Positions 1-10,315 of a stretch of DNA of 46,396 bases are shown here, piece by piece. Source of the DNA: Dehalococcoidales bacterium (GTDB lineage: Bacteria; Chloroflexota; Dehalococcoidia; Dehalococcoidales; BS750m-G39); contig JADHWY010000003.1 in assembly GCA_016783245.1 (NCBI GenBank), forward strand, positions 1-46,396, given 5' to 3'. The translations under genes were made by a program, and so were the position numbers. The notes beneath the pieces are model-generated. The model was not told the DNA's origin, ran no database searches, and worked only from the letters and a program-made list of their open reading frames with translations. Positions within the stretch are counted from its first letter, which is position 1. Each line of letters begins with the position of its first letter.

Positions 1-28
1 ACTTTAGTACCAAGATAAGAGGAGAATT

Positions 29-895
29 ATGAGAGAATTTGAATACCTTCGGGCGAATACATTGAAGGAGGCGTGTTCTCTGCTCTCCGAGTATAAGGAG
101 GAAGCCAAAATACTTGCCGGTGGCCAATCTTTACTCACCCTTCTTAAGATGGATATGTTAAGGCCTTCCTACCTAATTGACATCAAGTTTATCCCTGAGC
201 TGAACTATATGGACTTCGATGAGAAAGAGGGTTTGAAGATGGGTGCTTTGACCACCCACCGCGCTGTGGAAAAATCGCCACTGCTCAAAGAAAAATTTCC
301 GGTTCTCCCGGAGACAGAACTGGTCGTGGCCTCAGTTCAAACCCGAAACTGGGGTACTATTGGCGGTACCCTTGTCCATGCTGACCCGATAGGAGATATA
401 GCACCAACGTTAATCGTGTTGGATTCAAAGGCAAAGTTCACCAGTGTAAACGGAGAGAGAACCATATCTCTTACGGAGCTTTTCGTCGACTTCTTCGCGA
501 CCGTTATTGAAGAAGATGAGATACTCTGTGAGATACAGATACCAACCCTACCGGCTCATACCGGCGTTGCCTATCAAAAGTTTAGCACCATCGAAGCCGG
601 CATAAAGATTGCCGGAGCAGCCTCACTGATAAGCCTAGAGGACGGGATATGCAAAGATGCTAAGATAGCACTTAGCGCCGTGGCTCCGGTTCCAATAAGA
701 GCACTAAAGGCAGAGGAAATGCTGAGGGGCAAGCCGGTTGACGATAAGTTGATTGAGCAGGCAGCGCAAATAGCATCAACTGAGGCAGACCCTGTAACTG
801 ATATGCATGCCACCGATGAATACAGAGGAGAATTAGTGAAAGTTCTAGTGCGGCGAGCAACGAAAACGGCCTTAGAAAGAGCTAAGACAACCTAG
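29..895 (+). CDS. Xanthine dehydrogenase family FAD-binding (medium) subunit, CoxM/CutM-like
   Basis: 288 aa; LAGGQSL and RNWGTIGG FAD-binding motifs; RBS GAGGAG; first of an M-S-L gene trio. Confidence 0.93.
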   Translation: MREFEYLRANTLKEACSLLSEYKEEAKILAGGQSLLTLLKMDMLRPSYLIDIKFIPELNYMDFDEKEGLKMGALTTHRAVEKSPLLKEKFPVLPETELVVASVQTRNWGTIGGTLVHADPIGDIAPTLIVLDSKAKFTSVNGERTISLTELFVDFFATVIEEDEILCEIQIPTLPAHTGVAYQKFSTIEAGIKIAGAASLISLEDGICKDAKIALSAVAPVPIRALKAEEMLRGKPVDDKLIEQAAQIASTEADPVTDMHATDEYRGELVKVLVRRATKTALERAKTT

Positions 896-919
896 CATTA
901 AACAGGAGGTAGCACTAGC

Positions 920-1417
920 ATGGAACTCGCAAAAAAACTGATAAAAGTCGCGGTAAATGGAGAATCCCGTGAGCTGTGGATAAAGCAAAACATCACTCTG
1001 CTTGATTTACTGCGTGATTATCTGGGGCTGACGGGAGCTAAGCTGGCTTGCATCAGCAATTCTTGTGGCGCCTGCACCGTCATTGTTGATGACATGGCGG
1101 TCAAGTCGTGTTCAGTACTGGCAATGCAGGTAGATGGGAAGGAAGTCTTCACTGTTGAGGGGTTGGCCAAGGATAATAAGCTTCACCCTCTCCAGCAGGC
1201 TTTCATTGAGCATGTTGCCTTTCAGTGTGGTTTCTGCACCCCGGGGAAACTCATGTCAGCCAAGGCGCTGTTGGACGAGAATCCCAACCCGACCGAGGAG
1301 GAATTGAGGAGAGATATGGAAGGTAACTTATGCCGCTGTACCGGCTATAAAAAGTATATTGAAGCTATAATGGATGTAGCACAACATCCAGAGAAATATA
1401 GCGCAAAGGAAGGTTAA
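920..1417 (+). CDS. Xanthine dehydrogenase family 2x[2Fe-2S] (small) subunit
   Basis: CxxxxCGAC...C and QCGFCTPG...CRC motifs; RBS AGGAGG. Confidence 0.95.
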   Translation: MELAKKLIKVAVNGESRELWIKQNITLLDLLRDYLGLTGAKLACISNSCGACTVIVDDMAVKSCSVLAMQVDGKEVFTVEGLAKDNKLHPLQQAFIEHVAFQCGFCTPGKLMSAKALLDENPNPTEEELRRDMEGNLCRCTGYKKYIEAIMDVAQHPEKYSAKEG

Positions 1418-1419
1418 AA

Positions 1420-3786
1420 ATGGCAGATTATCGTGTTGTCGGTAAAGGGATACCACGAAAGGACAGCATAGAAAAGATTACCGGGCAGGCGAAGTATACT
1501 TTCGATATAGTACTGCCTGAGATGTTGCATGCCAAAATCCTTCGCAGTCTGCATGCCCATGCCAAGATTGTAAACATCGATACCAGTGAGGCAGAGAAGC
1601 TACCTGGAGTCAAGGCAGTAATCACGGGGAAGGATACATGGGGGATGAGATTCGGTTTCGTTGATACCCCGCGTTACCCCTGTGAGCAGCCCGTCATAGC
1701 TGAAGACAAGGTGCGTTTTATCGGTGAGTCGGTAGCAGCGGTAGCTGCTGTTGATGAGAACACGGCTAACGAGGCTTTAGACCTGATTGAAATAGAGTAT
1801 GAACCTATTCCTGCAGTGTTTGACCCTGAAGAGGCAATGAAGGAAGGTGCGCCTCAAATCCACGGGGAACAAATCCCAGCACCGGGCAGGAAGTGTGCCT
1901 GGCAGGATTGGGGGGTGGCTAGGGTAGCACGCTCCTATAATCCGGTAAACAACATCGGTGCTACAGTTAATTTAAGCTACGGTGATAGTGAAAAGGGATT
2001 TGCTGAAGCAGAATATATTAGGGAGGATACTTGGGTTGTTCCTCGGACAAGTCATGCCGCAATGGAACCTCACGGTGCAGTAGCCAGTTACAATCCTCTT
2101 ACCGGGTATCTGGATGTCTGGCTAAGCCACATGGGCTATGAGCTTAAGCGGTATTGGATATCTAAGACTTTAGGAATACCAATAAGTAAGATAAGGGTTC
2201 ATAAAACCTTTATCGGTGGTGCCTTCGGCGGCAAGGCTCAGGTATTTGACCATGAGATAATAGCTTCCTTTCTCTCACGCAAGACCGGTAAACCAGTAAA
2301 ACTAATCCTCACTAGGGATGAGGTGTTTACTTCTACCAATAATAGTATCGCCTTAAAGATTAATGTCAAGAAAGGCGTTAAGAAAGACGGAACCATAGTG
2401 GGGCAGCATGTGAAACTAATCAGTGATATGGGGGCATATCGAGGTAGTGTTCCGGTATGCCTGTTTCTCTGTCATTCCATGCGCGATGCCATATATAACA
2501 TACCTAACCTGACTCATGAGGGTGTGGGAGCCTACACTAATAAGTCAACAACTATGGCTAAGCGAGGGCATGGGTCACAGCAGATGACTACTGCCATTGA
2601 GTCCCAGATGGACTGGATAGCTGAAGACTTGGGGCTGGACCCAGTGGAGTTCAGGTTGAAAAACCTGAGGCAGAAAGGCGATGTTCTTCCCAACAGGGAT
2701 ACGCTGAATAGTTACGGTCTTCCTGATTGTATCAAGAAGATAGTTGAGGCTTCAAACTGGAAGGAAAAGAGAGGGAAGTTGGGCCCTGGCCGTGGCATAG
2801 GCTTAGCGGTGAGTGCCATGTTCAACGGTTCTGGATACTGGCCATTCACTGCTGGCTCTATAGTGAGGATGAACCACGATGGAACCGTTACCCTTTACAT
2901 GGGTCAGGCGGAGTTTGGCCAAGGGCCGACTACGACGACATGCCAGCTAGTTGCCGAAGAGCTAGGACTGAACGTAGAGGATGTAAATCTCGTTGATGGC
3001 GATTCCGAACTCTGCCCACTCGACTACAGCAACTTCCTTAGCGGCGGTATGTTTGTCAGCTGCAAAGCTGGCTTGGTTGCAGCCCAAGATTTGAGGCAGC
3101 AAATACTGAAGGTTGCCGCTGAGATGCTGGAAGAAGATGTTGAGGACCTGGAGACTATGAATCGTCGTGTCTACATCAAGACAGACCCTGAAGAGGGTGT
3201 AGCTTTTGATGAGATACTTAGATATAGCATCCAGAAGCATGCTGGAGATCTTCTTATGGGGAAAGGATTCTGCAAGCCGGTGCCGGAGATAGAGTTCTAC
3301 CCCAGCCTGTCAAAAGGGTCGGGTAGATGGACAGATGCTTACAGTTTCACCGCCTCCATCGCTGAGGTAAGTGTAGATGCTGAGACAGGAAGGACAAAGG
3401 TAGACCATATATGGATAGGCGATGACTGCGGCCGCGAAATAAACACTGCAATATGTGAAGGTCAACTCCAGAGCCAGGCAGTTATGGGAATGGGAGATGC
3501 GCTATTTGAGGAGGTCATGTTTTCCGAGGGGCGAACGATTAATGCTAACTTTGTCGATTACGAAATCCCACGGGCTTTTGATATTCCTGAGATAACAACA
3601 ATTGATGCTTCTGACCCTGACCCTAATGGACCCTTCGGCGCCAAAGAGATTGGAGAGTGCGCTCGTGCAGCAGTGATTGGGTCTATAGTCAATGCTGTCT
3701 ATGATGCAACAAAGGTCAAGATTACGAGTCTCCCCCTACATCCAGAGAAGATTTTCCGAGGGTTAGAGGAGAAGGCAAAGTCGTGA
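1420..3786 (+). CDS. Xanthine dehydrogenase family molybdopterin-binding (large) subunit, 4-hydroxybenzoyl-CoA reductase alpha-like
   Basis: 788 aa; GGAFGGK, RGHG, GQG and GAKEIGE motifs; no AYxCSFR CO-dehydrogenase motif. Confidence 0.9.
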   Translation: MADYRVVGKGIPRKDSIEKITGQAKYTFDIVLPEMLHAKILRSLHAHAKIVNIDTSEAEKLPGVKAVITGKDTWGMRFGFVDTPRYPCEQPVIAEDKVRFIGESVAAVAAVDENTANEALDLIEIEYEPIPAVFDPEEAMKEGAPQIHGEQIPAPGRKCAWQDWGVARVARSYNPVNNIGATVNLSYGDSEKGFAEAEYIREDTWVVPRTSHAAMEPHGAVASYNPLTGYLDVWLSHMGYELKRYWISKTLGIPISKIRVHKTFIGGAFGGKAQVFDHEIIASFLSRKTGKPVKLILTRDEVFTSTNNSIALKINVKKGVKKDGTIVGQHVKLISDMGAYRGSVPVCLFLCHSMRDAIYNIPNLTHEGVGAYTNKSTTMAKRGHGSQQMTTAIESQMDWIAEDLGLDPVEFRLKNLRQKGDVLPNRDTLNSYGLPDCIKKIVEASNWKEKRGKLGPGRGIGLAVSAMFNGSGYWPFTAGSIVRMNHDGTVTLYMGQAEFGQGPTTTTCQLVAEELGLNVEDVNLVDGDSELCPLDYSNFLSGGMFVSCKAGLVAAQDLRQQILKVAAEMLEEDVEDLETMNRRVYIKTDPEEGVAFDEILRYSIQKHAGDLLMGKGFCKPVPEIEFYPSLSKGSGRWTDAYSFTASIAEVSVDAETGRTKVDHIWIGDDCGREINTAICEGQLQSQAVMGMGDALFEEVMFSEGRTINANFVDYEIPRAFDIPEITTIDASDPDPNGPFGAKEIGECARAAVIGSIVNAVYDATKVKITSLPLHPEKIFRGLEEKAKS

Positions 3787-3876
3787 TTTCTTTGAGATTT
3801 CCCTGATTACTGTTTGGAGTAACTCTTGATATCTGAAGGGTAGTCTTCAAAATCACGGAGCATATACCCTAAGCCA

Positions 3877-5268
3877 TCATCTGCCGATAGCCCTGACGAT
3901 TTCCCCATATCTAACTAGACCTGCCAGACCAGTAATCGCCCTCTCGGGAAGGGGATAAGTAGGAATACCGCTATCCTCAAGTGCATTTATCTCAGCATAA
4001 GCTGCTCCACCGGGGGAATCAAGACACACTGCTATCGGCTTTTCCTGGTATCTGGTTATGTCAATCACTGCCCTCATCAGCTCTATATTTGAGCCGTAGA
4101 AGACAGCGGCTACGGCTACCACATCAACACCGTCATCGTCCAAAACAACCCTCAGCATTTCCCGACAGGCATCAAATTCGTTTAATTTCCACGCCAGGTC
4201 AACCGGGTTATCCACAGCATTAAGTGGCGATACTAGCTGCCTAAGCCTGCGCCTTGTCGTTGGTGAAAACTGAGCCAGCCTCAAGCCCAATTGCTGACAT
4301 TTATCAGCCATAATTATTCCCGGACCAGCCTGAGCCGAGAAAATGGCTACCCGGTTACCGACTGATGGTGGTTGAAAGGTCAGCGCCTTGACTATGTCAA
4401 CCAAATCAGTCATATCGCCAACAGTAATTATACCAGCTTGAGTAAAAGCGGCTTTATAGAACTCGTATTTGCCAGCTAAGGCACCGGTGTGCGATAAAGT
4501 AGCCTTATCTATACCCTCACTCCCACCCCCCTTATAGGCTACAATCGGCTTTTGTTTCACCACCTGCCTGGCAGCATTCATAAGTAGTCGGGGTTGTTCT
4601 AAACCTTCCACATATAAAACTATTACCCTGGTCTCATTATCCTGACCCAAGTAGGTTACCACCTCATCAAAATCAAGGTTGCACCTGTTGCCCAACCCCA
4701 TAGCTTTACTAATACCCACATTGTGGTTGTTCAAAGCATGGACTATGTAAACACACATTCCCCCACTTTGAGCAGCTACCCCCACACTGCCAGCCTTAGT
4801 TAAACTGGCAGTTTGCTGAAATGAGGCATTAAGGCCAATCGTGGAATTAACAAATCCCACAGTATTTGGCCCTATAATCTTCATCCCACCTCTATCAGCT
4901 ATATCCCTAAGCTGAGCCTGCAAATCTGAACCAATCTCCGTGCCCACCTCCTTGAAACCACCGCTAATCAGAATAGCCCCCTTTATTCCCTTAGCAATAC
5001 ACTCCTCTATGGTAGATAAAGTGAGCTCGGCGGGAATAGCAACGATAGCTAAATCAACCTCCCCTGGAATAGCTGTAACCGAAGGATATACTCTTAGCCC
5101 AAAAAGCTCAGATAGGCCGGGGTTAACTGGATAAACCCTGCCCCCAAACCCACCTTCGAGCAGGTTGCCGACACACATGAAACCCACCTTCTCTGGATTA
5201 GCTGAGGCACCGACTACAGCAATGCTTCTGGGAGAGAAAATATGGTCTAACTGCTCCACCAAATCCAT
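3877..5268 (-). CDS. ADP-forming acetate/acyl-CoA ligase alpha subunit (CoA-binding)
   Basis: PRSIAVVGAS, IIGPN, QSGG, phospho-His motif SHTGALAG and NPVD; no ATP-grasp domain. Confidence 0.88.
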   Translation of the reverse strand: MDLVEQLDHIFSPRSIAVVGASANPEKVGFMCVGNLLEGGFGGRVYPVNPGLSELFGLRVYPSVTAIPGEVDLAIVAIPAELTLSTIEECIAKGIKGAILISGGFKEVGTEIGSDLQAQLRDIADRGGMKIIGPNTVGFVNSTIGLNASFQQTASLTKAGSVGVAAQSGGMCVYIVHALNNHNVGISKAMGLGNRCNLDFDEVVTYLGQDNETRVIVLYVEGLEQPRLLMNAARQVVKQKPIVAYKGGGSEGIDKATLSHTGALAGKYEFYKAAFTQAGIITVGDMTDLVDIVKALTFQPPSVGNRVAIFSAQAGPGIIMADKCQQLGLRLAQFSPTTRRRLRQLVSPLNAVDNPVDLAWKLNEFDACREMLRVVLDDDGVDVVAVAAVFYGSNIELMRAVIDITRYQEKPIAVCLDSPGGAAYAEINALEDSGIPTYPLPERAITGLAGLVRYGEIVRAIGR

Positions 5269-5270
5269 AA

Positions 5271-6899
5271 CTAATTGACCTCCAAAATCCAGTGAGGCTC
5301 AACCGAGACTTCATTTAGCATAGCGAAACCTAGAGGACTTAGGTCATACCCCTTAATATAGGGCTTGACCAGAAAATAATTCTGTCCAAACCACAAGGGT
5401 AGACAGGCAGCATCCTCAATTAGAAGTTGCTCAGCCTGTTGATATAGTGCCAAGCTCAGGTTATTATCTTGCTCCACCCCTGTCCTCTCCAGCAGAGCAT
5501 CTACCTCAGGGTTGCTATACTCGCTGTAGTTATTATCAGCACCAGTATGAAACAAAACATCCAAAAAATCCTGCGGATGAGGGTAATCGGCAATCCAACC
5601 CATATAGAACATCTCATCCTTCTCCTGCTTAAGGTGATAAAGGAATCTCTGTGGCTCTAATTGCCTGACCTCAACCTCCACCCCCAGGTTGCTTCGCCAC
5701 TCCTGAATGATAGCTTCCAGCTCCTGCGATATTAATCCTCCCCAGCCTATAGTGGTAATGGCGATAGGCGGCAATTGGGATACGTCACCATAACTAGAAT
5801 TGGCAATCAACTCCCTTGCCCCATCTATATCATAGTCCAGCCCAAGAAGCCCCTCATTATAACCAGGCATGCCAGGCGGTAGGATGCCATCTGCCTGCTG
5901 CATCATGCCCTTGAATACCAAGGAAACTAACTTATCCTTATCAATCGCCTGAGAGAAGGCACGGCGGATATTGACATCGTCAAACGGTGGCTTGGTAGTA
6001 TTAAAACCAATGTAGAAAAAGCTCAACTCAGGCGTTATCCTTAAATCTGTGTAAAAGGGACCTGCTTCATCGGTAGCCTTCTCAATATAATCACGGTAAA
6101 CGCTGGTGATATCAATCTTGCCCGTCTCATACATATTCATAGGCACGCCGCCCCACAACTGAAAGACAACAAGATTGACCTTGGCCACCTCTCCATAGTA
6201 AAGCTCGTTCTTCTCTAAAACAAGCAAGCTATTTTCATCCCATTGCTTAAGCTTAAACGGACCGGTGCCATTGGGACTACGCCACCATTCCCCACCCGAC
6301 TCCACATCAGCTCTATCCACCACAAAGGCGGTGGGATAGGTTAACTTGGACAAGAAATAAGATTTGGGGGCATCTATAGTTACCTGAAGAGTATAATCAT
6401 CAATAACCCTGACACCACTAATCTCCTTACTTTCACCAGATAATACTTCCTTCACCCCGACAATATCGCCCAGATAGGTGGCTGCTGTCTGAGACCCAGT
6501 TCCAGGGTCACAGGCCCGCTCCCAGGAATATTTAAAATCCTCAGCTTTAACCTGCCTGCCATTATGAAACATAACATCCTGCCGCAGATAGAAGGTATAG
6601 GTCCTGCCATTATCGCTGACCTGCCACGACTGGGCTATATCAGGCGTTGGCTTCAGGTTATCATCAAGGCTAACCAGCCCGCCAAATAGCTGCGTTACAT
6701 ATTCATGGGAAGTCATCTCACCGGAGACCGCCGGGTCAAGGGTTAGCGGGTCAATACCATACAGGCTAAGAGTATTTTCTCCAGCACCAGGGATTGGCGC
6801 TTCTTCCTGCCCAAACTGGCAGCTAACACCGGGATAGTAGAATACCAGCAGACTACATACCAGTACTACTGAAAGAAAGACATATAAGATTCTTTTCAT
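5271..6899 (-). CDS. Peptide/nickel ABC transporter substrate-binding protein (family 5)
   Basis: Signal peptide with possible lipobox (GVSC); TLDP, YTFYLR, GTGPF, PFDDVNIRRA and WIADYP motifs. Confidence 0.92.
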   Translation of the reverse strand: MKRILYVFLSVVLVCSLLVFYYPGVSCQFGQEEAPIPGAGENTLSLYGIDPLTLDPAVSGEMTSHEYVTQLFGGLVSLDDNLKPTPDIAQSWQVSDNGRTYTFYLRQDVMFHNGRQVKAEDFKYSWERACDPGTGSQTAATYLGDIVGVKEVLSGESKEISGVRVIDDYTLQVTIDAPKSYFLSKLTYPTAFVVDRADVESGGEWWRSPNGTGPFKLKQWDENSLLVLEKNELYYGEVAKVNLVVFQLWGGVPMNMYETGKIDITSVYRDYIEKATDEAGPFYTDLRITPELSFFYIGFNTTKPPFDDVNIRRAFSQAIDKDKLVSLVFKGMMQQADGILPPGMPGYNEGLLGLDYDIDGARELIANSSYGDVSQLPPIAITTIGWGGLISQELEAIIQEWRSNLGVEVEVRQLEPQRFLYHLKQEKDEMFYMGWIADYPHPQDFLDVLFHTGADNNYSEYSNPEVDALLERTGVEQDNNLSLALYQQAEQLLIEDAACLPLWFGQNYFLVKPYIKGYDLSPLGFAMLNEVSVEPHWILEVN

Positions 6900-6932
6900 C
6901 TGAGCTAACTCTCTCCCTATTTTGTAGCTGGT

Positions 6933-7340
6933 TTATACCAAAACGATTCCCCAATCTTTGTAGCCCTGCTGAATAATAGCCAGGTATTCCTTTGAAGGCT
7001 GTGTCTCTTCTGATTGTTCGACCTTGACATAGGTTACAGCTTCCATCCGGTTGCCAAATCCATCTGTCACTATTACATTTACTCTGGTATAAATATCAGG
7101 ATAGCCTTCATACTTATCCAACTGTCTCAAACCTCTTTCTGAAAGTTCGTAAATAGCGCCGATAACTCTCTCTCCCCTAAATGGCTTGATACTGGCAACT
7201 CCACCATGCCACTTTCTTGACCAGCCAGCGAATATCAGCTTGTAATTGGGGAGAGTAGCTACGAATTTTGGCTGGGCATCAGGGCAGCGTTCCGACATCT
7301 GCTTACGACTAAGATTAGAAGCATAGGCAAAATAATACAT
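6933..7340 (-). CDS. Gamma-glutamylcyclotransferase family protein
   Basis: N-terminal YFAYASNL, LDKYEGY catalytic region, PSKEY. Confidence 0.88.
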   Translation of the reverse strand: MYYFAYASNLSRKQMSERCPDAQPKFVATLPNYKLIFAGWSRKWHGGVASIKPFRGERVIGAIYELSERGLRQLDKYEGYPDIYTRVNVIVTDGFGNRMEAVTYVKVEQSEETQPSKEYLAIIQQGYKDWGIVLV

Positions 7341-7367
7341 TCTGCTCTCTCTAAATCCGCCTAATCC

Positions 7368-8060
7368 TTAAAACAGACCTTCCCTTTTCAGGCTCAGGTA
7401 GTTTTTATCACCGATAATGATGTGGTCCAGGACATCTATGCCCACAATCTCCCCAACTTCGGTTAGTCTTTTGGTTAACTTTATGTCATCTTCTGAGGCT
7501 CCAGGGTCGCCTGAGGGGTGATTATGCACAAAAATAACTGAGGTGGCACTGGCAGATATTGCCTCTTTGAATACCTCCCTGGGGTGAACAATACTGGTAT
7601 CTAAGCTGCCGATTGAAATTTCTGACACCCTTATCAGTCGATTCCTGGTATCTAACAAGATTGCCAGAAAGTGTTCCCTCTTTTTACCCTTTAATTTACC
7701 CCTCACCAAGCTCACCACATCTTCAGGGGTCTTAACTATTGGCTTGTCTTCAGCCTCAGAATAACCCTCCAGCCGGCTGGACAATTCGAAAGCCGCCTTA
7801 ATCTGAGATGCCTTGGCAGGTCCAATCCCCTTCACCTGTGATAACTCCTCAACCGAGGCACTGGCGATACCTTTGAGATTGCCAAACTGGCTTAACAGCC
7901 TCTGGGCAGTCACCATCACCGATTCGCCAGCAACGCCGCGACCAAGAATCACAGCCAAAATCTCCTGAGACGATAGAGCTTCCACCCCTAATTTTTGCAG
8001 CCTCTCCCTGGGTCGCTCAGAAAGAGGCAAATCATGAATAGTGAATGATTTCTTTGCCAT
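7368..8060 (-). CDS. radC: RadC-family JAB domain protein
   Basis: ERPRERL, HhH VKGIGPAKA, HPREVF and JAB motif HNHPSG...S..D. Confidence 0.95.
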   Translation of the reverse strand: MAKKSFTIHDLPLSERPRERLQKLGVEALSSQEILAVILGRGVAGESVMVTAQRLLSQFGNLKGIASASVEELSQVKGIGPAKASQIKAAFELSSRLEGYSEAEDKPIVKTPEDVVSLVRGKLKGKKREHFLAILLDTRNRLIRVSEISIGSLDTSIVHPREVFKEAISASATSVIFVHNHPSGDPGASEDDIKLTKRLTEVGEIVGIDVLDHIIIGDKNYLSLKREGLF

Positions 8061-8070
8061 CTCCTCGCTT

Positions 8071-9222
8071 TCAATAGCCAGTAGTCGCTAGTGCAGGGCA
8101 CATCCATTCCTCCGTAGTCGATTGGTATTGCTGAGCGACATAATCCCGCCATAAACTATCCAGACCATCCATATCAAAGCCATAAACCCTTTCCAGGGCT
8201 GCATCGTAACTACTACCCTCCCTGAAGGTATTCAGCAGCTCGAGCATCTTACCCTGTCCATAATTGGCGATAAGAAATTCAACCAGACTATAGCTTTGAG
8301 CATAGGAAAGGTAAGCCTCCCCAGCATAAGCGGAGAAGGGGCTAGATAGGCTCTGCACTGAGATAAGGCTATCCTCAGCTATTGCCCTACTAAGATGACT
8401 GGTAAGTTCTAGGCCCAGCACCCCTTCATTATGCATAGCTAGACCTTCATCAAGCCAGGTAGGCAGGCTATTATAAGGATTAAGGGTCATCTGGTGGATA
8501 ACCAGATGTGTCAGCTCATGGGCGATTGCCCTCTTGCCCCAGTTGATATTACTAGGAGCTATGCCAATAGCTATAATGCCATGCCTGGTAAAGGCTACCC
8601 CACCAGTCCACTCCTGAGGATAAATCATAGCCCCCTTTAAATCCTTGGCGTCGGCGTAGACATAGAGCTTGGCAGATTTCCCTAGATAAGCGCCAGTATC
8701 CTCAGCCAGCCTCTCCAATGCCTCTTGAGCCGCTACCATCAGCTCCCGCGCAAAAGAATCATCCCCTTTATACCAAAAAATAGTTACCTTCCCTTCGGTA
8801 AAACCGCGCCATGAATAGCGAATGTCATCAAGCCGGACTTGAGCTGGAGCAGTTTCCACTCTGTTGCCATTGGTATCCTCTACTTTCCACCAGTATTCCA
8901 TGCTGGAGCCGGGTGGTAGCCCACCAATTTTCACCATTTCCAAAGTCCAGCCGACATCAACAGTAGCACTGGGCATAAATTCAATATAGGCCTCACTGGT
9001 TACCTGAGCAAAGCTTGCTCGGTCAACGGTATAGCAGAGGCGAATATCAATGATATTGACATTGCTCTGGGCTGACAGATTGAAGTTGAGCCTGGAAGGG
9101 AACTCTGCCTGAGCCGAGCTATCCAGTATGGTTAACTCACCTTGGGCTTGAACCAGACCGGGACTCGATATAGCTAATAAGAAGCAAAAAAATAAAGTTA
9201 ACAGGATGGTTTTCTTAATCAT
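8071..9222 (-). CDS. Secreted peptidase MA-family metallohydrolase
   Basis: Signal peptide; HELTH zinc motif followed by WLDEGLA and YAQS. Confidence 0.85.
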   Translation of the reverse strand: MIKKTILLTLFFCFLLAISSPGLVQAQGELTILDSSAQAEFPSRLNFNLSAQSNVNIIDIRLCYTVDRASFAQVTSEAYIEFMPSATVDVGWTLEMVKIGGLPPGSSMEYWWKVEDTNGNRVETAPAQVRLDDIRYSWRGFTEGKVTIFWYKGDDSFARELMVAAQEALERLAEDTGAYLGKSAKLYVYADAKDLKGAMIYPQEWTGGVAFTRHGIIAIGIAPSNINWGKRAIAHELTHLVIHQMTLNPYNSLPTWLDEGLAMHNEGVLGLELTSHLSRAIAEDSLISVQSLSSPFSAYAGEAYLSYAQSYSLVEFLIANYGQGKMLELLNTFREGSSYDAALERVYGFDMDGLDSLWRDYVAQQYQSTTEEWMCPALATTGY

Positions 9223-10311
9223 CCTTCTTCACCTAGATTAGACCGGAGGTAGGCTGTTATCAGACCATCCAGTTCCCCACCTAATACGGCATCTGTATTG
9301 CTGGTTTGGTAATCAGTTCTATGGTCCTTTACCATCTTATAGGGATGGAGGACATAACTTCTAATCTGGTTACCCCAGCCGGCAGCAATACGCTTCCCCT
9401 TGAGCCTGGCCCTCTCTTCAGCTCTCTTGACCAACTCCAAGTCCAAAAGGCGAGAGCGAAGTATCTTTAAGGCGATTTCTTTATTCTGGTGCTGAGAACG
9501 CTCACTCTGACTAGTAACCACCAGCCCCGTGGGTAGATGGGTCAACCTGACAGCACTACTCGTCTTCTGCATATGTTGTCCTCCTGGTCCGCTAGACCGA
9601 AATACATCAACCTTCAAATCATCAGGCTCTATCTTCACATCAACATCTGCTTCAGCTTCAGGCATAACTTCCACCAAGGCAAAGGAGGTATGCCGAGCAT
9701 GGTCAGCATCAAAAGGGGAAAGGCGAACCAGCCGATGAACACCATGCTCTGATTTCAGGTAGCCACAGGCATAATCACCGTTAACCCCGATGACTGCGCT
9801 CTTTATCCCTGCCTCCTCACCTGGCGAAATATCTAATAGCTCAGCTTTATAACCACGGCGCTCAGCCCAGCGAAGGTACATCCTCATTAGCATCTGCGCC
9901 CAATCCTGAGATTCTGTACCCCCAGCCCCGGCATGGATAGACAGAATAGCATTTCTGGAATCATACTCACTGCTAAAAGCTGCCTCCAGTTCCAGCTCAT
10001 CAAGGCGAGAAGCCAACTTCTCCACCTCGGACTGAATCTCCGCTTCGAGCGAGCTGTCCCCCAAGGAGACTAATTCAGCAAGGTCAGCCGCTCTTTCCTC
10101 CAGCTCCCGCCACCGGTTTACCACTTTCCTCTGCTCAGACAAGAGGCGCATAACATTCTGTGCCTTAATCTGGTCTAACCAAAAGTCAGGCTGGGCTGAC
10201 TGCTTCTCTAACCTGGCAATTTCCTCTTCCCTAGCAGCGATGTCAAAGATGCACCATTGCCATAGAGATTCTAGCCTGTAAATCCTTTAATTTGTCCCCT
10301 AACTCTTGCAT
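9219..10311 (-). CDS. prfB: Peptide chain release factor 2, expressed by programmed +1 frameshift (about 363 aa)
   Basis: SPF and GGQ motifs; 22-codon first ORF from ATG 10311 (MQELGDKLKDLQARISMAMVHL) ends CTT-TGA-C, and the +1 frame continues DIAAREEEIARLE...PDFW into the long ORF. Confidence 0.96.
10242..10257 (-). other. RF2 +1 frameshift cassette ATGGTG-CAT-CTT-TGA-C
   Basis: Canonical CTTTGAC slippery site at 10242-10248, read directly. Confidence 0.92.
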
Positions 10312-10315
10312 CTAG

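Noticed and set aside
1420-3786. Aerobic CO dehydrogenase (coxMSL gene order)
   Set aside because: No AYxCSFR or AYRGAGR active-site loop; the loop reads AKRGHGSQ
7368-8060. radC as a mobile-element marker
   Set aside because: Full-length HhH-containing chromosomal form inside a housekeeping run, with no mobility genes nearby
9219-10151. prfB as a truncated gene or pseudogene
   Set aside because: The break is the canonical programmed CTT-TGA-C frameshift
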